Shown: positions 47,770-56,069 of the stretch, one piece after another | Layout of the letters: every line of letters starts with the position of its first letter | How positions within the stretch are numbered: the first letter of the stretch is position 1 | DNA from: a virus | Taxonomy: Duplodnaviria; Caudoviricetes | DNA length: 64,000 nt | IMG/VR virus record: IMGVR_UViG_3300036796_000061 | Location: 719-64,718 of that record | Reading direction: 5' to 3' (one strand) | Notes under the pieces: model-generated | Seen by the model: only the letters and a program-made list of their open reading frames with translations | Told to the model about the DNA's origin: nothing | Databases searched by the model: none | Program-made: the position numbers and the translations under genes

Positions 47770-47808
47770 CCTTACTTAATAATAAGAACGAGAATCGAAA
47801 GTCGCGCA
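47770..47808 (-). promoter_or_regulatory. Putative phage-sigma promoter at the head of the replication operon
   Basis: TGCGCGACTT-TCGATTCTCG-TTCTTATTATTAAGTAAGG, identical to the copy near 26198-26236. Confidence 0.75.
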
Positions 47809-47856
47809 CTTTTCGAGCAAAAAAAAAATAACGACGCCAGTTTCGGCAATCGTCAT

Positions 47857-48024
47857 TCAGTCGTATTTTCGGTAGCAATCGTTTACAGCTTTAGCTATTT
47901 CTTTTAATACAGGATTCCCTGCCTTCTGCTGAGACCTGTACCACTCCCTACGCTCTTCTTCGGTCATATCCATTAATGGTGAATGTATTATTATCGTTGT
48001 ATTACCAATCATAAACTCTCGCAA
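47857..48024 (-). CDS. Candidate recombination directionality factor (55 aa, not in the ORF track)
   Basis: SD GGAGGGG then TTG: MREFMIGNTTIIIHSPLMDMTEEERREWYRSQQKAGNPVLKEIAKAVNDCYRKYD; divergent from the serine integrase. Confidence 0.6.
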   Translation of the reverse strand: MREFMIGNTTIIIHSPLMDMTEEERREWYRSQQKAGNPVLKEIAKAVNDCYRKYD

Positions 48025-48050
48025 ACTAACCCCTCCGCATTTCGTATTCG

Positions 48051-48087
48051 TTACTATACAATAAGAACCAAAACGGAAAGTCGCGCA
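48051..48087 (-). promoter_or_regulatory. Putative phage-sigma promoter driving the candidate RDF
   Basis: TGCGCGACTT-TCCGTTTTGG-TTCTTATTGTATAGTAA. Confidence 0.7.
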
Positions 48088-48147
48088 GGATTAAGGAATA
48101 TTGCTAAGATGAGTAGTGTCGATTATAATATGGATAGAGGTGGTTAT

Positions 48148-49722
48148 ATGAGTCGTCCTACGGAACTCGATATTTATATATATTTGCGTAAATCTCGAAA
48201 AGACATAGAAGAAGAGAAAAAGGTGCAAGGTTCCGGAGAATCTTATGATACGCTCCAACGGCACCGCCAGACGCTTTTCGCAATCGCTAAAAAGGAACGC
48301 CATAATATCGTAGCTATATATGAAGAAGTTGTATCCGGCGAATCCGTTACGGAGCGCCCGCGCATCCAGGAAATGTTGCGCTCGGTCGAATCCGGACATG
48401 TTGACGCCGTGCTCGTAATGGACCTCGACCGACTTGGACGCGGAGACATGCTCGACCAAGGCTTACTCGACCGCGCCTTCCGCTATTCAGCTACGAAAAT
48501 CTTAACGCCAACCGAAGCGTACGACCCGTCGTCAGAAACGTGGGAGCTTGTTTTCGGGATTAAATCGCTAGTCGCCCGCGAAGAATTAAAAGCGATTACC
48601 CGTCGGATGCAGCGCGGTCGTGTGGCGTCGGCTAGTGAAGGTAAATCGATTTCTAAAATCCCGCCGTACGGATATTTACGTGATGAAAACCTGCGATTGT
48701 ATCCTGACGTTGAAACCGCATGGGTTGTTAAGAAGATGTTCGAAATGATGCGCGACGGGCACGGACGGCAAGCTATTGCGCAAGAATTGGACAGGCTCGG
48801 CATCAAACCTCCGAATACGAAACGGGAAACATGGTCACCGAGCAGTATTACCGCCATCATAAAGAACGAAGTATATCTCGGCACAATAATATGGGGCCAG
48901 GTAAAATACGTTAAGCAAAACGGTAAGTATCAGAAGAAAATGGTGCCACGCGAAAACTGGACGATAAAAGAGAACGCGCATGATCCGTTAGTTTCGCCGG
49001 AGCTCTTCGAAGCCGCTAACCGTGCACACTCCGGCAGATGGCGCCCTTCAACAAACGTGAGCAAGGGTTTGAAGAATCCCCTCGCTGGTATACTTATGTG
49101 TGCTGTCTGCGGATTTTCTATGCTGTATCAACCCCGCCCTAATCGACCTAATGATGCTATTAGGTGTGTTCAACCTGGGTGTAAAGGTATCCAAAAGGGG
49201 TCATCGATAAGTCTCGTCGAAGCTAGGGTAATTAAAGCCTTAGAAGGAATGATTAAAGATTTAGAGATCGAAGCCGAAGATGCTACCCCTAATGATGCGG
49301 AAGAAATTTCATATAAAAGATTGCTCATTGATAAAAAAACTGAAGAGATTTCTGAGTTAAACGCGCAAAAAAGTAACCTTCATGATTTTCTTGAACGGGG
49401 TATATATGATACTGATACCTTTTTAGAGCGTCAGAAAAATCTAAATAAACGTCTTGATGTAATGCAGTCTGAGGTTCGTAATTTAGAAAGCGAAATACAC
49501 AAGGATAATATACGGAATCAAAGCGTCGAAGATTTTCTTCCTAAGCTACGAAACGTCGTAGAGGCATATGGTAATACGTCTGATATCAGAGTCAAGAACG
49601 CATTGTTAAAATCAGTATTAGATAAGGCTACTTACCTCCGGAAGAAGGAGTGGACTAAGCAGGATCAGTTCGTAATTCAATTTTATCCGAGGGTGTATCC
49701 AGACAAAGTGGGACCGTCCTAA
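48148..49722 (+). CDS. Large serine recombinase (phage integrase)
   Basis: IYIYLRKSR catalytic Ser, VMDLDRLGRG, G....PPYGY recombinase domain, CAVCG...CVQPGC zinc ribbon, coiled coil; ATG 48148 after GAGGTGG. Confidence 0.95.
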   Translation: MSRPTELDIYIYLRKSRKDIEEEKKVQGSGESYDTLQRHRQTLFAIAKKERHNIVAIYEEVVSGESVTERPRIQEMLRSVESGHVDAVLVMDLDRLGRGDMLDQGLLDRAFRYSATKILTPTEAYDPSSETWELVFGIKSLVAREELKAITRRMQRGRVASASEGKSISKIPPYGYLRDENLRLYPDVETAWVVKKMFEMMRDGHGRQAIAQELDRLGIKPPNTKRETWSPSSITAIIKNEVYLGTIIWGQVKYVKQNGKYQKKMVPRENWTIKENAHDPLVSPELFEAANRAHSGRWRPSTNVSKGLKNPLAGILMCAVCGFSMLYQPRPNRPNDAIRCVQPGCKGIQKGSSISLVEARVIKALEGMIKDLEIEAEDATPNDAEEISYKRLLIDKKTEEISELNAQKSNLHDFLERGIYDTDTFLERQKNLNKRLDVMQSEVRNLESEIHKDNIRNQSVEDFLPKLRNVVEAYGNTSDIRVKNALLKSVLDKATYLRKKEWTKQDQFVIQFYPRVYPDKVGPS

Positions 49723-49738
49723 CTGGCGGTCTTTTTCT

Positions 49739-49786
49739 GTGTATAGAGATTATAGTTGTATTGATTGAACTGTTTACTCTATACAC
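49739..49786. other. Candidate attP site
   Basis: GTGTATAGAG...CTCTATACAC arms with inner AGTT..AT-TG-AT..AACT symmetry, 48 bp centred on TG 49762-49763, just downstream of the integrase. Confidence 0.7.
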
Positions 49787-49790
49787 GCAA

Positions 49791-50120
49791 TCAATCGATA
49801 ACCTCGACGCCTACCAACGCCTCGAACCGCAGCCTTTCAACGCTCCCATCCGCCAGTTTAACCCGCAACTCCTTCGTAATCTCATCGATAAAATGGAGCT
49901 CGCCCGCCACCTCCGAAGTAAATCCGTCATCCCATACCGCCAGTCTGACGGTCAGATTGTAAGCCATCGCGTATCGGACCCGCGCATCAAACTCCGCCAG
50001 CTCATATTCGTCGGCAATCCGCTTAGGCTGGCGCTGATCGTCCCGCAGCATCTCGTTGAATAGCGCCTTTTGTTCCGGAAATATCATGCCTTGCCACTTT
50101 TGCAGTCCTCGTTCGTTCAT
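49791..50120 (-). CDS. YolD-like protein
   Basis: ERGLQKWQGMIFPEQ N-terminal motif of the YolD family. Confidence 0.85.
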   Translation of the reverse strand: MNERGLQKWQGMIFPEQKALFNEMLRDDQRQPKRIADEYELAEFDARVRYAMAYNLTVRLAVWDDGFTSEVAGELHFIDEITKELRVKLADGSVERLRFEALVGVEVID

Positions 50121-50177
50121 CGTATGTACCTCCGCTCATCTTTATGCTCTAAGTATATACGAATATACGTTCGATAG

Positions 50178-50984
50178 TCAATCGCCTATCCAATCGTAAA
50201 TATGGTTTTCCTTTGCGTAGATTTCACGGCTAGCTTTCGATGTTGCCTCCTGCCAAGCGCCGAACAAGTAGTTGTCCAAGTTGCGGATTTTACCTTGCTT
50301 CGCTTTGAGTATCGCGTTGTGCCACGTCGTTACGAATGGCTCCGGATTATCCTCGATCATCAAGTCGCGATGGATGGAGCGTTTTGCCCGAAGCAATATC
50401 CCGTAATACTTATAAATATCTTCGGCGTTAAAGTAAATTGACATTGCGTCGAACATTTCGCTTGGCAACGCTTTTTTCAGTGCGCTGGCCGGAATTGACG
50501 TGTCTTTTAAGTTCTTGTTTTTTAATAGATTTATAGAATCCGATGGTTCGTTTACGATTTTCGTAGGCTCAGCGTTACTCTCCGTAGGCGTTTCGCCAAC
50601 CTGCCGACTGGACAAGCTCGACTGGTCATTCGAAGGTAAAACGTTACCCGCCGGCTTTTCTTCGACGGGCTGAATCACGATTATGTTCGCGCCTTTTCCT
50701 CCGTTAACTTTCCGTGCCGTGGCGATTTTCTTAACGATGCCCAGCTCGGCCAGTTTCGCCAGGGCCCTCCGTGCCGTCTTCTCGCTCTTTTCGATGAGTC
50801 CTGCGAGCGTGGCCGCCTTTAGGTGCGCAGCTCCCGCAAACTTAACGGCGTAGCGTGCGATAGTTTTCAGCGTCAGCCGATCCGTGTCATTTAATTCGTA
50901 TGTATTTCGTTTGATGTGCGTATAAATTGCGCTGTTTAATTCCTGCGTTGAGGAGAACGATTGGTGCTCCGCTAGATAGTGCAT
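50178..50984 (-). CDS. HTH_36 winged-helix protein, replication-initiator-like
   Basis: FSSTQELN...YAVKFAGAAHLKAATLAGLIEKSEKTARRALAKL...GGKGANI. Confidence 0.7.
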   Translation of the reverse strand: MHYLAEHQSFSSTQELNSAIYTHIKRNTYELNDTDRLTLKTIARYAVKFAGAAHLKAATLAGLIEKSEKTARRALAKLAELGIVKKIATARKVNGGKGANIIVIQPVEEKPAGNVLPSNDQSSLSSRQVGETPTESNAEPTKIVNEPSDSINLLKNKNLKDTSIPASALKKALPSEMFDAMSIYFNAEDIYKYYGILLRAKRSIHRDLMIEDNPEPFVTTWHNAILKAKQGKIRNLDNYLFGAWQEATSKASREIYAKENHIYDWIGD

Positions 50985-51022
50985 GTATATTTCGCTCCTT
51001 TCCGTTATATAAATATAAGTAT

Positions 51023-51081
51023 ATATCGTTATATCGATATGTCAACGGCTATTTACAAAATATCGATATTTCGTTATACTG
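51023..51081. promoter_or_regulatory. Divergent promoters with ATATCGATAT palindromes
   Basis: ATATCGATAT at 51031-51040 and 51060-51069 overlap TTGACA (minus) and TTTACA..TATACT (plus). Confidence 0.6.
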
Positions 51082-51108
51082 ATAAAAACGGAATAAGGAG
51101 GAGTTTCG

Positions 51109-51309
51109 ATGTTATATGTTAAACTTGCGGAGATATTAGAAGAACGCGGAATCACTCGCAATGCTCTTGCAGAAATGACTGGCCTTCGTCCGAATGTCGT
51201 TAGCGAAATATGCAACAACCAACGCACCACAGTAAATCGTGAGCACTTGGCTCGTATTGCAAATGCGCTAGAGATTACTGATGTCGAATCACTTTTTGAA
51301 TTTAAGTAA
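51109..51309 (+). CDS. XRE HTH regulator
   Basis: LAEILEERGITRNALAEMTGLRPNVVSEICNN. Confidence 0.85.
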   Translation: MLYVKLAEILEERGITRNALAEMTGLRPNVVSEICNNQRTTVNREHLARIANALEITDVESLFEFK

Positions 51310-51344
51310 CGAAAATAACCCCGCTGTTAAGCGAGGTTTTCTTT

Positions 51345-51989
51345 TTACCCGATGACTACTTTTACGCTGGAACTACTCGGAGCAACTGGCGCAGGTTTCT
51401 TCGGAGTCAGCGACCGGACAAACTCCGTAAATGATTCCGCCTGGAATATCTTAAACGGATAGTCTCCGTCGATTGCGTAGCGTTGGTCGGACAAAATAAG
51501 TATATGCGGAAAGGGCTTCGGCATCGCCCCGCTGTTGTACAAGTCGACGTAACGGTCCAGTTTTTCCGCCATTAACTTTTCGCTGTAAATCGTCCGCTGT
51601 ACCTCGATGAAGAACGGCGTCCTGCGATATTTACAGAATATGTCCGGCTCAGCCCCGGAACCTTTGCACCCATACTTCGGCTCGACCAAGAACGATTCAA
51701 TTTCGCCAAGCTTGCGGATTTCTTTATATACGTTGAGGATGGCGAGGAAATGGCCGATCTTAGCGCTGTTCTTTTTCATGCTGACCTCGGGCCCGAAGTA
51801 GCAATACGGAATGAAGGCCGTCGACCGCTGAATCTCGCCATCCCGTAGCAACCGCAGCAGCACGTTATTTGCAGAGTATCGCGGATTCTTCAGCTTGCCG
51901 AAATGTAGCTCCGCAATCGAATCACGGTCCATTACGCGAAACCTCGCCAGGTCTTTGATTATCGCTTTATCTCTCTTCGTTACCGGCAT
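51345..51989 (-). CDS. Replication-relaxation (Replic_Relax) family protein
   Basis: TKRDKAIIKDLARFRVM N-terminal HTH; H.L...; EPDIF...FFIEVQRT PD-(D/E)XK-like core. Confidence 0.8.
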   Translation of the reverse strand: MPVTKRDKAIIKDLARFRVMDRDSIAELHFGKLKNPRYSANNVLLRLLRDGEIQRSTAFIPYCYFGPEVSMKKNSAKIGHFLAILNVYKEIRKLGEIESFLVEPKYGCKGSGAEPDIFCKYRRTPFFIEVQRTIYSEKLMAEKLDRYVDLYNSGAMPKPFPHILILSDQRYAIDGDYPFKIFQAESFTEFVRSLTPKKPAPVAPSSSSVKVVIG

Positions 51990-53127
51990 CGAAAAACACG
52001 TCCTTTTCGGTTATCTGTGGCGCAGGCTCCTGCTCCGGCGTTACTTCTTTGACGGGGCCCTTCGCAATGATGTGCGGGGCGAGTAGAGCTTTCGCCTTGT
52101 CAGTCGTCAGGTATGGCGCCTGCACTTCGCGTACCTTATCGCTGTTCATTATAAACCGGCCGCTGACTTCGAGCATCTCCGCTCCTGGCGTATTTACGAT
52201 GCGAGCCTCCATTTTATCACGCAGCTTAAAGCCCATGCTCACAGTTAAGTTAGCTCGGATTGTCGTATCTAAAACCTTCGCATTTGGGCGTTGCATGGAC
52301 AGCATGGCGAATACCCCTAGCGTTCGACCTATCGCCACCACCTCCGTTAATATCTCCATGATTTCCTCGTTCTTCCGCAGCATTACGAATTCATCGATGC
52401 AAACTACGATGTACGGGCGGCGCTGCTCTGCCGGCAAATCGTCGACATGGCTGACTTCAAATACCTCCGTTAAATTGCTTCGCTCGTCGAGTTCCTTCTT
52501 TATATGAACGAGCATCTTCGCGATGTCTTTCGCGCTACTCAGCACGCACTGAACGTGTTCAACATTTCGGAATAGGTGAAACTCCGACTTCTTGCAGTCA
52601 CCGAGGTAAAGCTGTAGCTCGGAGGGCTTTTTCGTACGGATTAGCGTAGTCAGAATCGACCGGAGCTGCGTCGACTTCCCGCTCCCAGTTTCGCCGGCAA
52701 TAAGGATGTGCGGCTGTTTACGTAAGTCGAACGAGACGAATCGCCCTAGCCGATCTTTTCCGCAGATAATACCTAACCCGTGCTTCCGTACTACCTCCGC
52801 TATCTCTTGCGCATCGTACGTTAATTGCTCCGTCATGGCTTCGGAATATATCGTGAGTACATAGCGCTTCAAATCGCCTTTAAGCTCTAAATGCCTGCCG
52901 AAATGCTGGCGGAAAACATACTCCTTCTTAGCGACTTCCTTCGGATCCATTCCGTTCAGTAGCGTAAATACAAAACGCAGGGATTCGTCGGTTTCGTTAA
53001 TACTGACGTCATGGATAATCGGATATAGTGGCCGGTCCTTGGCGTTCTTATAGAATAAGCCTGCGCTTCGAAACGCTTGGATAAGTCCGCGCCTCGCCTT
53101 CGCCTTATACATCATTTTTCGTAACAT
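51967..53127 (-). CDS. FtsK/SpoIIIE-family ATPase
   Basis: PHILIAGETGSGKST, VVCIDEF, GRTLGV...QRP motifs; start MLRKMM after GGAGGCGG. Confidence 0.9.
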   Translation of the reverse strand: MLRKMMYKAKARRGLIQAFRSAGLFYKNAKDRPLYPIIHDVSINETDESLRFVFTLLNGMDPKEVAKKEYVFRQHFGRHLELKGDLKRYVLTIYSEAMTEQLTYDAQEIAEVVRKHGLGIICGKDRLGRFVSFDLRKQPHILIAGETGSGKSTQLRSILTTLIRTKKPSELQLYLGDCKKSEFHLFRNVEHVQCVLSSAKDIAKMLVHIKKELDERSNLTEVFEVSHVDDLPAEQRRPYIVVCIDEFVMLRKNEEIMEILTEVVAIGRTLGVFAMLSMQRPNAKVLDTTIRANLTVSMGFKLRDKMEARIVNTPGAEMLEVSGRFIMNSDKVREVQAPYLTTDKAKALLAPHIIAKGPVKEVTPEQEPAPQITEKDVFFDAGNEER

Positions 53128-53146
53128 ACGTCCGCCTCCTTCTATT

Positions 53147-53476
53147 TTATAGCGTAAATAAGAACCATCCGATAAAGCTGTACGCTGCGACCGGAAATAT
53201 AAGGTGCGTCGCCGTTTCGATAAAGGAAGCCAGCGCTTCGTATCCGTAGGCTGCCGCCGTGGTTTCCGCAAGGTGAGACAGCATAGCGAACGCTCCTACT
53301 CCGATGACTACTGCGTACAGGCCGGCGATTTCCGGCGACATGTGCAAGAAACTGCTTAGCGTGACTGAAGGAATGAATCCGTAGATGGGCGTCCTTAGCT
53401 TTGGCTTTGGCGCCTGTTTCCGATGATTTCCCGCCATAAACGTCTTGAAGTCGATTACCTCTATTTTACTTCGCAT
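53147..53476 (-). CDS. Two-TM membrane protein
   Basis: Start MRSKIEV after AAGGAGG; hydrophobic C-terminal helices. Confidence 0.65.
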   Translation of the reverse strand: MRSKIEVIDFKTFMAGNHRKQAPKPKLRTPIYGFIPSVTLSSFLHMSPEIAGLYAVVIGVGAFAMLSHLAETTAAAYGYEALASFIETATHLIFPVAAYSFIGWFLFTL

Positions 53477-53776
53477 AATGAATTCCTCCTTTTTAATTGC
53501 CGAACCCCTCTCGTCACTCCCCTCGCTCCTCTCCCTCCGTTCCTTTAACAAATTTTCCTTTCCTTATTACTTTGCTATGTCCTTCCTGTACAATCGCACC
53601 TACCCGTCATTTCCGAAACTGTTACGTAGGTGTTTTTCAACAGTTACGACTTTCTTCCGCTTTCATGTTAATAGCCTATGCGGATCCGCCTGTCCGTTGT
53701 GTCTGTTTTTTGCGCGAAGTATAAAAACGGACTTTTTGGACGAGGATGTATGTAAAAATGCAAAGGTGGCGTAAAG

Positions 53777-53998
53777 ATGTTCGGATTGGGCAAGAGGAGA
53801 ACGAAGTTTGGTCGGTGGCTGGATCGCGAGGGAATTACGCAGCTGGAAATCGAAAAGAAGGCGAAGCTCGGCCGGGCGACCGTTTCACGTTTATGTAATG
53901 ACGCAGACTATTCGCCTAAGTATTCTACCGAGGTAAAATTACGCAGAGCTCTCGAAAAGTTAGGGCGCAGGCTGCCGGACGACTATTTCGACGCGTGA
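53777..53998 (+). CDS. XRE HTH regulator
   Basis: RTKFGRWLDREGITQLEIEKKAKLGRATVSRLCND; divergent from the FtsK operon. Confidence 0.8.
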   Translation: MFGLGKRRTKFGRWLDREGITQLEIEKKAKLGRATVSRLCNDADYSPKYSTEVKLRRALEKLGRRLPDDYFDA

Positions 53999-54041
53999 AC
54001 GTAGTTATAACGAAAAAAAGCCCCAGCCGCAATGGCCGGGG

Positions 54042-54461
54042 TTAGTACGCGATTCGCGATATTTGCATGTATTGATCCTTCGTGCATTCGACATGAACCT
54101 CGTGCTCCACGCCTTCATCATCGATTAGATATACGTAGGCTGTCGAGTTGTCTTTCTTCTTCGCGCCAATCGCTGCGCCCGCAATTGTACCGAGTGGGCC
54201 AGCGACAACCGTTCCGATTATTGCGCCAGTGGCCGTCTTCCCTACGCTACGGCTTCCGCTAGGCTCCCAGGAGATGCGGGCGAAGCTGAAGTATTTCTGT
54301 CCGAACAGCGTGGCGATCTCAACTTCGCCTGACGTGCGCCCTTTCATGATTGACATGCGATTGACGAGTCCTTTACCCTCGACATTATCCGTTAATGCGT
54401 GGCCGCCCGCTAATACTTGCACCGGTACACGCGGTCTGAACAGCTGTTTCCAAAATCCCAT
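54042..54461 (-). CDS. Glycine-zipper membrane protein
   Basis: GKTATGAIIGTVVAGPLGTIAGAAIGA. Confidence 0.7.
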   Translation of the reverse strand: MGFWKQLFRPRVPVQVLAGGHALTDNVEGKGLVNRMSIMKGRTSGEVEIATLFGQKYFSFARISWEPSGSRSVGKTATGAIIGTVVAGPLGTIAGAAIGAKKKDNSTAYVYLIDDEGVEHEVHVECTKDQYMQISRIAY

Positions 54462-54623
54462 ACTAACGCCTCCGCTCGTTTTAGTTAGCTAATTTTACCT
54501 CATATTACATATATACGCAATACTTCGCGAAATGATTCGTATTCTTTGCGTAAATGTATCGTTTAACTATTCCGATTGTACTCCGCATAGAAATAAACTA
54601 AACTATTACTCAGGGGTGATTTC

Positions 54624-54854
54624 GTGGAAAAGAAAATCGTTCGCATCGGAAACTCGCTGGGAGTCGTCATTCCGTCGATATACTTAGAGGAGCTGAAGGT
54701 TGCGCAAGGGGACTTCGTAGAGGTCGATTTTAATGCGGATTTAAAAACGATAAGTATTAAAAACAAAAATACGGCACCCTCCGCCGATCACCTGGACCGG
54801 TTAGTAAGGAATGCCGTAGATAATTATTTAAAGGAATTAAATATAGGTAAGTAA
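54624..54854 (+). CDS. Solo AbrB/MazE-type DNA-binding protein
   Basis: KIVRIGNSLGVVIPS...LKVAQGDFVEV. Confidence 0.85.
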   Translation: MEKKIVRIGNSLGVVIPSIYLEELKVAQGDFVEVDFNADLKTISIKNKNTAPSADHLDRLVRNAVDNYLKELNIGK

Positions 54855-54878
54855 GGAGCTGACGCCATCAGCTCTTTT

Positions 54879-55608
54879 TTATTTCGCGCCGCCATCTTCA
54901 ACGGACGGGACTTCGGTTTCGACCGCATCTGTTTCTTCCTGCGTTAACGGTGCTTTATCCGCAACTGCTGCGTCAGCTTTCTCTGCTTCCGCTTTCAACT
55001 CTTCTACTTTACTATTTGCCGCATTTACTTCGCCTTCTAAACGATTATTTTCCGCTTCAAGTCCAGAGTTAGCATCCTTAAGATTGGCGATCGTAGCTTT
55101 TGCGTCGGCCAATTCCGTTTTAGTTTTCGCTAACTCAGCGTTAGTATTTGCAAGTTCCGCTTTAGTCGCCGATAGGTCAGATTTAGCCTTAGCCAATTCG
55201 GTTTTAGTCGCTTCCAGTTCCGCTGTTTTAGCCGCTAAATTATCTTGCGAAATTTTCAAATCTGCGCTCAATTTATCCACTTTAGCGCCTAGCTTCGCCA
55301 AGCATTCATTTAAGTACTTAATTTGATCCTGTAATTCCGCCTTGCTTTTATTTAATTCCGTTATTTTTCCGTTCTTATCCGCTATTTTATCGTTGGCTTG
55401 CGCAATAGCAGCCGAAGCGTTCCCTTTGATGTCCGTGATTTTGGAGAGTAAGCTACCTTCGCTCTTTTCGTAATTCGCAATCATATCGCTGTACTTACCT
55501 AGTTGACCCTTAACGTTATCGATTGTTTCAGCTCCTGTAAATACTAAAGTTCCTGCCGCCACTGATCCAGCCAATACTATACCTGCGATAAACTTTCCTG
55601 CTACCATA
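54879..55608 (-). CDS. Membrane-anchored or secreted long coiled-coil protein
   Basis: Signal anchor, then heptad repeats (ELEATKT/ELAKAKS/DLSATKA/ELANTNA/ELAKTKT); ATG 55608 after GGAGG; own promoter and terminator. Confidence 0.75.
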
Positions 55609-55739
55609 CTATCATCCTCCAATTTGTTTTTCGTGGTAATCTCTTCCACAAATGCTATGTTATAACATAGTTATTACTTTGTAAATACTTTTATCGAAAA
55701 TTTAAAATTATTTACTTTATTCTTTTTTGGACGTGTGGA

Positions 55740-55826
55740 TGATATAATTTAGTAGCTTTACGATTGCTACCCGTAGAGCCCAATTTGTTGCTGACGCGGG
55801 CGCTATACGAGGCCTGCGTCTTTTTT
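55740..55826 (+). ncRNA. Candidate small RNA of about 70 nt
   Basis: TGaTATAAT at 55740-55748, GTAGC/GCTAC hairpin, then terminator GACGCGGGC...GCCTGCGTC-T6; no ORF. Confidence 0.4.
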
Positions 55827-55865
55827 ATGTACGCAAGGGCCCGCAAGCCCTCGCTATGTTACCGT

Positions 55866-56069
55866 CTATTCTTCGTGCCTCTTCGGAAAGAACGATCCCG
55901 TTATCTGACCGAAGTTCATCACCAACGCGCCGATAATAAGGTTCCGCGTCTGCTCATCGCCGTAAAACACGAATAAGGCCGCCGACAAAACGATCAGCAG
56001 TCCGAAGGAAAAAAGGTATTGAAACTTAATCCGCTTGATAATCGTCATCATCAGAACATCACCGCCCAT
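55866..56069 (-). CDS. Holin-like small membrane protein
   Basis: Two hydrophobic helices immediately after the endolysin. Confidence 0.55.
   Translation of the reverse strand: MGGDVLMMTIIKRIKFQYLFSFGLLIVLSAALFVFYGDEQTRNLIIGALVMNFGQITGSFFPKRHEE

Noticed and set aside
47983-48147. N-terminal extension of the integrase in the ORF track
   Set aside because: The SD-supported ATG is at 48148. The extension overlaps the divergent small ORF and its promoter.
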